Shown piece by piece: positions 1 through 8,305 of a stretch of DNA of 64,000 nt (within the stretch, counting starts at the first letter, position 1; every line of letters begins with the position of its first letter). The notes beneath the pieces were generated by a model that saw only the letters and a program-made list of their open reading frames with translations, was not told the origin of the DNA and did not search any database. The DNA is from Firmicutes bacterium UBA3936 (GTDB lineage: Bacteria; Bacillota; Dethiobacteria; Dethiobacterales; Dethiobacteraceae), in NCBI GenBank assembly GCA_002385745.1, contig DGEC01000041.1, forward strand, positions 14,172-78,171, given 5' to 3'. The position numbers and the translations under genes were made by a program.

Positions 1-480
1 GTCGATATGAATCCTTTCGGGAGCAATGTCATATTTGGCAGCTTTCTCAACCAGAATTTTTGTAATTTCAACCCGGGTTTCTACATCTGAGGGAATGCCC
101 CGGTTGTCACAGGTAAGAGCAATAACCTGCCACTCTGTTCCCTGAATCAGCGGGTAAATAACTTCGCATTTATCACCTTCCTCAGAAACTGAATTGATGA
201 TTCCGGGTTTTTTTGCGTATTTAAAAACTTTTTCAATAATCCTGGGGTTGGGGCTGTCAATACAAAGCGGCGTTTCTACCGCAGACTGGACGATATCCAT
301 CAGCCAAATAAGCGTTTCCTCCTCAACTTCAGGAGATGTGCCGGCACAAACATCAATGTAGTGAGCACCTGCTTCCGCCTGTTTGACCGCCAGGTCGCGT
401 ATGAAAGCTTCATCCTTTTCTGCAATGGCTTTACCGACTTTGGGTATTGTCCCGTTAATTTTTTCCCCGATAATAATCAT
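1..480 (-). CDS. methyltetrahydrofolate:corrinoid methyltransferase (pterin-binding, MtrH/AcsE-like); N-terminal part only, the 3' end lies beyond the window edge
   Basis: Not in the ORF track because there is no stop in the window. Reverse ATG at 480-478 follows AAGGAGGAG+5 nt. Translation MIIIGEKINGTIPKVGKAIAEKDEAFIRDLAVKQAEAGAHYIDVCAG... matches the N-terminus of pterin-binding methyl-THF methyltransferases. Confidence 0.75.
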   Translation of the reverse strand, partial: MIIIGEKINGTIPKVGKAIAEKDEAFIRDLAVKQAEAGAHYIDVCAGTSPEVEEETLIWLMDIVQSAVETPLCIDSPNPRIIEKVFKYAKKPGIINSVSEEGDKCEVIYPLIQGTEWQVIALTCDNRGIPSDVETRVEITKILVEKAAKYDIAPERIHID

Positions 481-691
481 AAAAACTCCTCCTTATCAAA
501 CTTTCACTCTTACAGTGCACATAAAAGCAGCAGAATCCTTATGTAGCAATCCCGGCCGGCTGCATCCGGGAGGGCCGGCTCCGCTGTAACATCAGCATGC
601 AGATGTTATTAAAAGCCTTCCCCTTTTTTTTCTCACTCATTCAGCAGGCCACAAAAATTCCGGCACCTGACTATACATGTATTCTATACTC

Positions 692-720
692 AATATATCA
701 TCTGCCGTTGTCACTGTCAA
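692..720 (-). promoter_or_regulatory. sigma-A-type promoter candidate for the methyl-THF methyltransferase gene
   Basis: The minus strand reads TTGACA-17 nt-TATATT. This implies a 5' UTR of about 200 nt. Confidence 0.45.
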
Positions 721-808
721 TTAGAGGTATGTCCTGCAGGCAAAAAAAACTATGCCGTTATAATTCACTCAAAACACGCAAAATCCTTCCGAACTGCGAT
801 TTAGATTA

Positions 809-842
809 AGAAAGGGCCGGCCGACGAGGGCCAACCCTTTCC
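809..842 (-). terminator. imperfect GC-rich hairpin after the 49-codon ORF
   Basis: AAAGGG...CCCTTT outer stem with an inner GGCC/GGCC-type pairing. The U-tract is weak. Confidence 0.35.
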
Positions 843-860
843 AGCGAGATTTCTATTTAT

Positions 861-1010
861 TTAAATCAGCAGGAACATGATGAAGGCAAACATGGCTTCT
901 TCATAGCCCTGCATCCTGCCGGCCATGGCTTGCTCTTCATTTTCCGTGATTTCCGGATGTTCAGCCCTGTATTGTTCCCACGTCTTATAATACTTGGTTT
1001 TTAATTCCAC
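861..1010 (-). CDS. 49-aa protein homologous to the C-terminal tail of the 453-aa methyltransferase paralogue
   Basis: GTG at 1010 lies 7 nt after AAGGAGGG and is in frame with the upstream gene across a single TAA. Product: MELKTKYYKTWEQYRAEHPEITENEEQAMAGRMQGYEEAMFAFIMFLLI. It aligns with ...SKYFTVWEEFKARNPAVSEHGKEKLQNLEEILFQYLMYLLI* of ORF 4342-5703. Confidence 0.6.
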   Translation of the reverse strand: MELKTKYYKTWEQYRAEHPEITENEEQAMAGRMQGYEEAMFAFIMFLLI

Positions 1011-1025
1011 TCTTGACCCTCCTTT

Positions 1026-2183
1026 TTAATAGTCGGCATTCTGCGCGACATATTCCAATACGGCCTTCAAGTTTTCGGGCTTGGCAGTGTCAAATGTCAG
1101 AGGAGCCTTGTCAAAGTTAAAGAAGTACCTGCCGCCGGGAGCCAGAATATCCAGGATCTCCTTGGCCTTGTCAACACACTGCTCGACAGTCCCTGTCTTC
1201 AGCATGGTAACAGGATAGAAGCCGGTGATTATATGCTTTTTACCGACTTTCTCCTTGGCCAGTTTCGGATCGCCAAGCTCAAACCACATAATTGTGTTTT
1301 CCGGCAGATCATTCAGATGGTCAAGATAACGCATCATATCCTGTTCAACAAACAACAGTACGTGCAGACCCGCTTTGACAAAGGTTTCCACCATTTCCTT
1401 AAATGTAGGATAGTAGAAGCGCTCGAAATCGGATGTTCTCATAAACGGCCCCATATGCAGGGGTATAAATACCGCGGTATTGGGAGGCGGAGGACCAGCA
1501 GGCAGACCCATTTTTATCACCAGCGGTGTCACCGCTTTAACCGCAGCCTCCACTTTTTCCGGATTTCTGCGGATATCCAGCATCATGTTTCTAAAGCCAC
1601 GCAGCTGGTCGGCCACAAAATCGAAAGGAGCGGAAGGCGCAGCCGAAAACAGGTTGACATTGGCAAGTCCGTATTTCGCACTCAACTTGGCAGTAACGGC
1701 GCCAATGTTGCCAAATTCATCATTAAATATTTTGAAAGCCTTGGCAAGTACTATTGAGCGGGTTACCGGATCCGTATCTAAGTTGGCATAAATCCTCGGC
1801 AGCACCTTTTCCATGATGCAATCATACGGTGATTCAATAAACTCATCGTATTCCTCTTCAAGGAGTCCGACAACCTCAGGGTGCTGCATAAAGCCATTGG
1901 AACCCTGCATCCAGTTCTTGGCACCAAGGGTTTTGTAAAGTGCCGGGAAACGCAGGTAGTTCATGGGGAAAAGGTCCGTATAAAAGTCCCTGCAGATTAT
2001 ATCGCTGATCTTCTCAAAATTCTCCATATGCCAGAAGGCTTCAAACAAACTGTTGCCGGTATACTCAACGGCATACTCATAAGTAATGGTAGGACAGACC
2101 GGAACTCTCTTCGGTACGCGTCCCGCCATGACATCAGCAAGTAATTGCGTCCTTTCCTCAGCCAATGCTTTTACGTCGCTCAT
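1026..2183 (-). CDS. URO-D (uroporphyrinogen decarboxylase/MtaA)-family methyltransferase, probable substrate:corrinoid methyltransferase
   Basis: Track ORF 1026-2204. The start is moved to ATG 2183 (MSDVKALAEERTQL...), which parallels the N-termini of the two paralogues and forms a TAATG overlap with the corrinoid gene stop. URO-D-like C-terminal half (APGGRYFFNFDKAP). Confidence 0.75.
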   Translation of the reverse strand: MSDVKALAEERTQLLADVMAGRVPKRVPVCPTITYEYAVEYTGNSLFEAFWHMENFEKISDIICRDFYTDLFPMNYLRFPALYKTLGAKNWMQGSNGFMQHPEVVGLLEEEYDEFIESPYDCIMEKVLPRIYANLDTDPVTRSIVLAKAFKIFNDEFGNIGAVTAKLSAKYGLANVNLFSAAPSAPFDFVADQLRGFRNMMLDIRRNPEKVEAAVKAVTPLVIKMGLPAGPPPPNTAVFIPLHMGPFMRTSDFERFYYPTFKEMVETFVKAGLHVLLFVEQDMMRYLDHLNDLPENTIMWFELGDPKLAKEKVGKKHIITGFYPVTMLKTGTVEQCVDKAKEILDILAPGGRYFFNFDKAPLTFDTAKPENLKAVLEYVAQNADY

Positions 2184-2821
2184 TATTTCACCCACCCTTG
2201 ACATATTTTTACACCTTCGGCCGCATTTGTGGTAAATGCGTCCGCACCAATCTGTTCACAGGCTTCCTTAGTTACAGGGTTCCCACCAATAATAACTTTA
2301 ATACTATCACGCAATCCCGCATCACGCAGGGCATCTACCGTAAGTTTCATTGACTCCAGAGCCAGTGTCAGAACACCGCTCATCCCCACTATCTCGGGCT
2401 TAACCTCTTTAACCTTTTCCACAAAATTCCCGGGCGGCTGGTCAATTCCCAGGTCGTGAACCTCAAAACCTGCTGCCTCAGCCATGCTCTTAAAAATATT
2501 TTTCCCGATGTCGTGCAGGTCGCCGGCCACGGTACCCAGTACAATTGTGCCGATTTTTTCCGAAGTTGCGCCTCCGAGGTAGGGCTTTAAAATTTCGACA
2601 GCATTTGTTAACAGCTCGCCGGCAAAAATCAAGTCACCGACAAAGTATTCCCCCTGTTCAAACAGTTCACCCACAATGCCCATACCGCTCTGGCAAGCGG
2701 CTACGGCTTTTTGCGCCTCTTCCGGCGAGGGATTGGTTGCCGCAAATTCCTGCAGCTGTTTAATCACGCTGTCTTCATCCAGGTCACCGACTGCCTTTGT
2801 TAACAAGTCAGTGTCTAACAT
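2183..2821 (-). CDS. corrinoid (B12-binding) protein with N-terminal cap helix domain
   Basis: 212 aa. DxHxxG motif GDLHDIGKNI followed by a Rossmann-like B12-binding domain. AAGGAGG SD. Confidence 0.85.
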   Translation of the reverse strand: MLDTDLLTKAVGDLDEDSVIKQLQEFAATNPSPEEAQKAVAACQSGMGIVGELFEQGEYFVGDLIFAGELLTNAVEILKPYLGGATSEKIGTIVLGTVAGDLHDIGKNIFKSMAEAAGFEVHDLGIDQPPGNFVEKVKEVKPEIVGMSGVLTLALESMKLTVDALRDAGLRDSIKVIIGGNPVTKEACEQIGADAFTTNAAEGVKICQGWVK

Positions 2822-2851
2822 GTGCAGACCTCCTTTTTATTTATATGTCTT

Positions 2852-2880
2852 AGTATATCAAAGTCTGATAATTGTGTAAA
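2852..2880 (-). promoter_or_regulatory. sigma-A-type promoter candidate for the corrinoid protein/methyltransferase unit
   Basis: The minus strand reads TTTACA-17 nt-TATACT, about 30 nt upstream of the corrinoid gene SD. Confidence 0.45.
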
Positions 2881-2991
2881 TATTATATAATGACTGGAGA
2901 TTCCTTTGGATGATAGATTATCCATAATAAGAAATTTCAGCCTCCGATGTCTGATTTTAGCAGTTATCACCCCTTCCCCCGCTGCTTTTCA

Positions 2992-3105
2992 TCAGACAAA
3001 AATTTTGATCAGTCTTTTTATTGCTTCTTCTATTTCTTCCGGAGTTTTTGCGCCAAAGACCTCTTTAGCAATTTTTTCCAAAACCTCACGGTTATTGTTT
3101 CCCAT
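2992..3105 (-). CDS. hypothetical 37-aa helical protein
   Basis: ATG 3105 follows GGGAGG+10 nt, 16 nt after the stop of ORF 3122-4291, and is not in frame with it. Product: MGNNNREVLEKIAKEVFGAKTPEEIEEAIKRLIKIFV. I recognise no homology. Confidence 0.3.
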   Translation of the reverse strand: MGNNNREVLEKIAKEVFGAKTPEEIEEAIKRLIKIFV

Positions 3106-3121
3106 GCTGTCGGAACCTCCC

Positions 3122-4291
3122 TTATTTGTAAACTGCGTATTCGCGGACAAATTCATTTACTGCCCGCAGGTTTTCAGGATTGCCGTCCGTTGCTGAAATC
3201 ATTGACTTGTTGGTTGAAAAGGCGAACCCGCCGCCCGGGGCCAGGTCATCAATCAGCCCTTTGACGATGTCAAGACACTCCTGTTTGGAAGAGTAATACA
3301 AGGCCTGCGTGCTGATACCGCCCTGTATGGCCATGATATGCCCAAGCTTCTTCTTGAAAAGGCGGATATCGTCGTCTTCAACAACGGCTACTATTTTGTT
3401 TTTCGGCAATTCCTGCAGGTAATCAAACAAATGCTCGTATTTTCTTTCAAAGGCACATTTGACGTTCAGACCTTTTTCCACCAGAGCATCAATTAGCACT
3501 TTAAAAGAAGGCCAGTAGACTTTTTCAAAATCCCTGGGGTTTAAAAATGTAGGAATGTGCATCGGTATCAGCACTGATTTGCCGGGAGAAGATTCAACAC
3601 CGGCTACGGAATCCAGGCTGTACCGGACCAGGGCCATACCGGCCTCCCTTACCATTTCCGGCCTGCGTTTGATATCCTGCATAATACCCCTGAAATCCCG
3701 CAGGTAGTCGAGGATAAAATCAACGGGAGCTATCAAAAGCCCGCCAACGGTGTTAAAAAGCCCGAATTCCCCTTCGGCAATTTCATCATGAATCCGTGTC
3801 TTTTCCGCCATCCTTTCCTGTATTTCAAGAATTTTCCGGATGCCGTCATATTTTTCCTGAAAGCTTTTTTCGGGGGCAAACAGTTTGTACCTTCTGGGCA
3901 GGATTTTTGTTAACAGGAACTCGTAGGGGTCTTTGATTAATTCAGGATATTCTTCCGGTTCCATAACCATGATGGCACCGGGATTTGTCTGGTGCAGCCC
4001 TTCCTCAGTAAAAGTAAAGGTCCCGCCGCCGGCAACGGCAAATATGTCGGGATGGAAAGCCACCACAGGACCGATATCAATAATATCCCAGTAAAAGTCA
4101 GTATAAATTGCCCTGCTGACTTCTTTGACGACTTCATTGCTTCTGATGCCGTCAATGGGCTTGTATCCCTTGTAATAATATGCCCAGGTTGAGCAGGAGC
4201 TGACAATGGGAACCCTTTCCGGCTCGCGGTTGTTGATAACATCATCCATAAGCTTCATTCGTTCTGCGCGCAATTCTTCCGCTGTTGTCAT
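3122..4291 (-). CDS. URO-D-family methyltransferase paralogue
   Basis: 389 aa. N-terminus MTTAEELRAERMKLMDDVINNREPERVP parallels the paralogues. C-terminal APGGGFAFSTNKS. AAGGAG SD. Confidence 0.75.
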   Translation of the reverse strand: MTTAEELRAERMKLMDDVINNREPERVPIVSSCSTWAYYYKGYKPIDGIRSNEVVKEVSRAIYTDFYWDIIDIGPVVAFHPDIFAVAGGGTFTFTEEGLHQTNPGAIMVMEPEEYPELIKDPYEFLLTKILPRRYKLFAPEKSFQEKYDGIRKILEIQERMAEKTRIHDEIAEGEFGLFNTVGGLLIAPVDFILDYLRDFRGIMQDIKRRPEMVREAGMALVRYSLDSVAGVESSPGKSVLIPMHIPTFLNPRDFEKVYWPSFKVLIDALVEKGLNVKCAFERKYEHLFDYLQELPKNKIVAVVEDDDIRLFKKKLGHIMAIQGGISTQALYYSSKQECLDIVKGLIDDLAPGGGFAFSTNKSMISATDGNPENLRAVNEFVREYAVYK

Positions 4292-4341
4292 TTTCTCACT
4301 CCTTCTTTTGGTGAATTGAATATTGGAACCTGGAGAACTGC

Positions 4342-5703
4342 CTATATCAACAGGTACATCAGGTACTGGAACAATATTTCCTCAAGGTTCTGCAGCTTCT
4401 CTTTGCCATGCTCGGAAACAGCAGGGTTCCGTGCCTTGAATTCTTCCCAGACGGTAAAATATTTGCTTTCAAAGCTGCGCCGCGGTTCCGCTTTGTAATC
4501 GGCCGGGTTAAACTCCAGGCCGTGCACTTCTCCCGGGTTGCTGTAAACGGCATTGTCCCGTACATATTCAACTACTGCCCTGTAGTTTTCAATATTAATG
4601 TCCTGCGCATTCAAAGGCTGCTTGTCAAACTGGAAAATATACTTGCCGCCGGGAGCCAGAACATCAATTATTTCTTTGGCTTTGTCCAGGCATTTCTCCT
4701 TGCTTTCCCTGGCCAGCATGGTCATCGGGTACAGGCCGGTAATAATATGCTTTTTACCCAGCTTATCCTTTATCTGCCTGAGATCACCGTACTCAAATAT
4801 CATTACTGTATTGGTCGGCAATTCATACAGGTAATCCAGATAACGGGTCCAGTCATCCTCGCAGAAAATTTGCGTCCTTACACCCAGGGACGCATACTCA
4901 TCCACCAGGCGCTTAAAAGTAGGCCACCACAGCCTGGCAAAATCTTTTTCCCGCATAAAAGTAGGCATATGCAGGGGAAACATGACAGGTGCATAAATGG
5001 AAGGATTGGCAGGCAGGCCCTGCTTAAAGACAATGGGATAAAGGGCTTCGCAGGCTGCCGCCACTTTTTCCGGCATTCTTCTGATATCCATGCTGATGCC
5101 CTTAAACCCCCGCAGCTGGTCGGCCAAAAAGTCAAAGGGGGCGCTGGTAAAACCGCCAAAACTGCCGCCTATGGTACTGTAGCCGTATTTTTCCGTCAGC
5201 ATGCCGATAATAGGAGCTGCAGCTCCCATGTCCTCCCTGTAGGCCAGGTAGCTTTTAGTCAGAGTAAGCGCCATTTTTACCGGGTCTTTCAGGTCTAAAG
5301 CTTTGTACTGCCTGGGGATAACCCTCTCAAGCAGACAGTCGTAAGGCTTCTCAATCAGGTAGTCGTAGTCTTCCGGCAGCATGCCGGTAACTTCGGGATG
5401 CTGGATAAAGCCGTTGGAACCCATGACAAAGGATTGGGAATCCAATATCTGGTAAAAAGAAGGGAAGCGCATGGAGCCAAAAAAGGGACAGGTATCGGAA
5501 AAAATCAATTCACAAAGCCTGTCAGCCGCTTCGGCCACAATTTCCGGCTGCCACTGGGCTTGCACTAGATCAAGTCCTCCGAACTGTGCCACTGCCTCGA
5601 AAGGGATGGAGATACTAATCGGTACACGCTTGGGAATCTTGCTGTTATGTACAGCCCGAAAAAGCTCGTTTCTTTCCTGCTGCAAAGCAGCAACATCTGA
5701 CAT
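4342..5703 (-). CDS. URO-D-family methyltransferase paralogue with about 65-aa C-terminal extension
   Basis: 453 aa, starting MSDVAALQQERNELFRAVHNSKIPKRVP. The URO-D core ends near ...VEYVRDNAVY, followed by a linker and a tail homologous to the 49-aa ORF at 861-1010. Confidence 0.75.
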   Translation of the reverse strand: MSDVAALQQERNELFRAVHNSKIPKRVPISISIPFEAVAQFGGLDLVQAQWQPEIVAEAADRLCELIFSDTCPFFGSMRFPSFYQILDSQSFVMGSNGFIQHPEVTGMLPEDYDYLIEKPYDCLLERVIPRQYKALDLKDPVKMALTLTKSYLAYREDMGAAAPIIGMLTEKYGYSTIGGSFGGFTSAPFDFLADQLRGFKGISMDIRRMPEKVAAACEALYPIVFKQGLPANPSIYAPVMFPLHMPTFMREKDFARLWWPTFKRLVDEYASLGVRTQIFCEDDWTRYLDYLYELPTNTVMIFEYGDLRQIKDKLGKKHIITGLYPMTMLARESKEKCLDKAKEIIDVLAPGGKYIFQFDKQPLNAQDINIENYRAVVEYVRDNAVYSNPGEVHGLEFNPADYKAEPRRSFESKYFTVWEEFKARNPAVSEHGKEKLQNLEEILFQYLMYLLI

Positions 5704-5759
5704 CGTCTCACCCCCTTATTTGAGAAGTGTACCGCCGGCATAAGCAAAAGTGCGGGCAT

Positions 5760-5789
5760 ACAATAGTTTTTCGCTATGCCAAAGGTCAA
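5760..5789 (-). promoter_or_regulatory. sigma-A-type promoter candidate
   Basis: The minus strand reads TTGACC-18 nt-TATTGT, upstream of ORF 4342-5703. Confidence 0.3.
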
Positions 5790-5892
5790 ATCCTTCATAA
5801 CCGGAAAATAGAAAAATACCCTGTCACCAGTAGTTAAAATTCATGAATCAGACTGCCGTATCTGCCGCATACTAGAGGAAAGGAGGGATTAG

Positions 5893-6099
5893 ATGGACAA
5901 AAAGCAGGCTGAAGAAATTTTGCAAAGCGGGCAGCAGGTAGAGGTACAGTATCAGGATGTCCCTGTCTGGATAGAAAATATACAAGGTTCAATGGCCGAT
6001 GTTAAAGTAATTGGCACAGGAAAGCACATGACCGTACCGCTGGCTGAACTGGAAAATACGGGCCGGCCTGTTGACCCGGACAATATTTACGGACTATAG
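5893..6099 (+). CDS. sspH: small acid-soluble spore protein, SspH family
   Basis: 68 aa: MDKKQAEEILQSGQQVEVQYQDVPVWIENIQ...VPLAELE. The pattern matches H-type SASPs (M..A.EI..S....V.Y...PV.I). AAGGAGGG SD. Confidence 0.6.
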   Translation: MDKKQAEEILQSGQQVEVQYQDVPVWIENIQGSMADVKVIGTGKHMTVPLAELENTGRPVDPDNIYGL

Positions 6100-6101
6100 T
6101 T

Positions 6102-6143
6102 AAAAATCAGAGCCGCCCCGGCTGTACCAGCCGGGGCGGCTTT
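6102..6143. terminator. bidirectional rho-independent terminator
   Basis: GCCGCCCCGG / CCGGGGCGGC 10-bp stem flanked by an A-run and a T-run, between convergent sspH and the phosphatase gene. Confidence 0.8.
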
Positions 6144-6170
6144 CCTATGTTGTAGGGAGGTATGATGTTA

Positions 6171-8078
6171 TTATTTTGCGGCATTATACATGCGCAGCAT
6201 GGTAAGAATTGCCTGATAGCCGGTATACGGAGCCCTGGGCGAGAAGTTGCCGCCGCCGGTGCCCGTCATTATTCCAAGGGCAGCCATATCTCCGACTGCA
6301 TCGGCAGCCCACGGGGATATGGAGGAGGCATCGTTAAAGGATACCCTTGTTGAAGGAATCTGCACATTGAGATGCTCCGCAATCCGGCCGAGAATTGTTG
6401 CCGCCTCTTCTCGCGTAAGTATTTTGTCAGGTGCAAATCTGTTGTCGCTCACACCTTTGATTATGCCCAGCTTATACAGCGTAAAAACTTTATAACTGAC
6501 ATAAGCAGTATAGTCTGTGAAGGGATCCATGTCTGTCGGGAAAACCGGTGCGATAATTTCGGTTCCCGCGACCCGGTGCAGCAGCTCATATGCCAGCCTG
6601 CAGAAATCTTCGCGGGTAATCCCATCCGCATAATTTTCCAGTCCCACAGGTACAAGCCCAAGCTTTTTGGCGGCAAGGACATCCTGCCATTTAGTATTTT
6701 TAATGCCGCACAGCTCGCGGATGACAACGGAAAGCTCCGTGTTGTCCAAATACCATCCCCTGTACGGGTCATACTGGTCGGCAACGGCTAAAAAGAGCTC
6801 CGCTCCCGCACCCTTGGCATAAAACGGTACAAGCTGGTTGCTGTGCCAGGGGATGCCATATGTTGTTCCTACATGGAAATACATGGTCGGCATTACGCCC
6901 TTGCCGTTGTTGACAACCGGGGAAAGAATTCCTTCAGCACCCGAAAGGAGTCCGGTTTCATGGTCGGCTGTAACAATCAGCAGTGTTTCGTCCCAGCTGC
7001 TGTTTGCTTCAACCCAGTCAATAACAGCCTGAACAGTGTTGTAGAAGTCTTCCTGCTCTTCAATCAGGCGGCCCGGCTGGTTGTAGTGCCCCGCCCAGTC
7101 CTGAGCCCCGCCTTCAACCATCAGGAAAAAGCCGTTCGGATTCTTGCTCAAAACCCGCAGTGCACCCTTGGTCATTGTCTCCAGGGTCGGCACTCCCGTG
7201 TTAAACGGCGTTGTATATGCCGGCTTGGACCAGTCATCTACCACCCGCAGGCACTGCAGTGTCTGGTAGACCTGGGCGACGCCGAGCACCCTGTCCGGAA
7301 CGGGTCCTGCAAGCAGCGCTTCAAACTGTTCCTTTGTCTCAATAAATGTCCAGGGATCCGGGCTCCCGTCACCGTTGGCATCGGCACCCATAATTTCACC
7401 GTCTGCCATATCAATCCAAAGGTCCTCGGGAATGTAGCCATAATTCGGCTCCTCAACCAGGGTATTGTCATCATTGTAAAGCGGATGCCCGCAGCCCAAA
7501 ATAACATCTGCAGCGCTGCTGAGAATCATTTCACGGGCAATGTCGGCATAGGCGCTGCGCTTGGCGTTGTGGGCCACAAAGCCTGCCGGCGTGGCGTGGG
7601 TAATGGGCACAGAGGTTACAACGCCCGTTGACTTGCCTATCTCTTCAAAATCTTCCGACATATGCCGGAGCAACCTGCCGTCCGGCGCCACGGCAATTGA
7701 CGGGTTGGCACACTTTTCACCGGTGGACAAGGCAGTGGCGGCGGCAGACGATTCTGTCACATTAGTACACCACTCGTCAAATCTGCCGTAAAGGGTCGGG
7801 CTGTACACCTGCGCCGCATCGTCCCCGGGGCCCGGGTCGTCGCCGAGTGAATTTGTGCTCATGGCCAGTTGAACCGGAAAGTCGCCAAAGGGATTGGCGC
7901 CTGCCTTGCCGTACAGGTAGTAGTCGGCTGCCAGGACCTGGTTGAAGCCCATACCGTCGCCGACCATGATGATTATGTTCTTAGGTGCTCCGGTCGCCGC
8001 TTGGGCCGGAGTAATAAAAACTACCGTTAAACTTAAAAGCAAAACAGCCGTAATCAGAATTTTTTTAATTTTTTTCAA
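6171..8078 (-). CDS. secreted alkaline phosphatase (PhoA family) with C-terminal SLH cell-wall anchoring repeats
   Basis: Signal peptide MKKIKKILITAVLLLSLTVVFITPAQA. GDGMG and TESSAAATALSTGEK active-site regions. The C-terminus carries SLH-like repeats (FTDY...GIIKGVSDNRFAPDKILTREEAATIL; FNDASSISPWAADAV...GNFSPRAPYTGYQAILTML). Confidence 0.8.
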   Translation of the reverse strand: MKKIKKILITAVLLLSLTVVFITPAQAATGAPKNIIIMVGDGMGFNQVLAADYYLYGKAGANPFGDFPVQLAMSTNSLGDDPGPGDDAAQVYSPTLYGRFDEWCTNVTESSAAATALSTGEKCANPSIAVAPDGRLLRHMSEDFEEIGKSTGVVTSVPITHATPAGFVAHNAKRSAYADIAREMILSSAADVILGCGHPLYNDDNTLVEEPNYGYIPEDLWIDMADGEIMGADANGDGSPDPWTFIETKEQFEALLAGPVPDRVLGVAQVYQTLQCLRVVDDWSKPAYTTPFNTGVPTLETMTKGALRVLSKNPNGFFLMVEGGAQDWAGHYNQPGRLIEEQEDFYNTVQAVIDWVEANSSWDETLLIVTADHETGLLSGAEGILSPVVNNGKGVMPTMYFHVGTTYGIPWHSNQLVPFYAKGAGAELFLAVADQYDPYRGWYLDNTELSVVIRELCGIKNTKWQDVLAAKKLGLVPVGLENYADGITREDFCRLAYELLHRVAGTEIIAPVFPTDMDPFTDYTAYVSYKVFTLYKLGIIKGVSDNRFAPDKILTREEAATILGRIAEHLNVQIPSTRVSFNDASSISPWAADAVGDMAALGIMTGTGGGNFSPRAPYTGYQAILTMLRMYNAAK

Positions 8079-8305
8079 ATCCGCTCCCCCTTTATTAAAT
8101 TAGCATTGCAGGCCTAAGGCCATAAATATGCTAAGCATTTCAATAATAACACTGCGGGGAGACCGCGGTAATGCTTCGCAAGTATTATTTTTTTGCCCTT
8201 AACTGTGCTGCCGGCTCAGTCCAGGGTTGATTTTGGACTGTTTGTATATTATACTGGCTTTGCCATCCATAATTTTACTGCTAATCCGGCTGGGAGAGAT
8301 GACCT

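Noticed and set aside
481-691. THF or cobalamin riboswitch in the methyl-THF methyltransferase leader.
   Set aside because: I could not find the conserved cores of either class by eye. It is reported only as an unexplained long leader.
1026-1028. Programmed stop-codon read-through or selenocysteine/pyrrolysine recoding at the in-frame stop between the methyltransferase and the 49-codon ORF.
   Set aside because: The stop is TAA, not TGA or TAG, so Sec or Pyl recoding is excluded. An SD and GTG immediately downstream make independent initiation the simpler explanation. Low-level read-through is not excluded.
4408-5298. 296-aa plus-strand ORF antisense to the 453-aa methyltransferase. Similar cases are 1233-1757, 6843-7631, 15038-15640, 32442-33074, 55889-56566 and 57650-58399.
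   Set aside because: All lie fully inside well-supported genes on the opposite strand, lack SD sequences and have an implausible composition.
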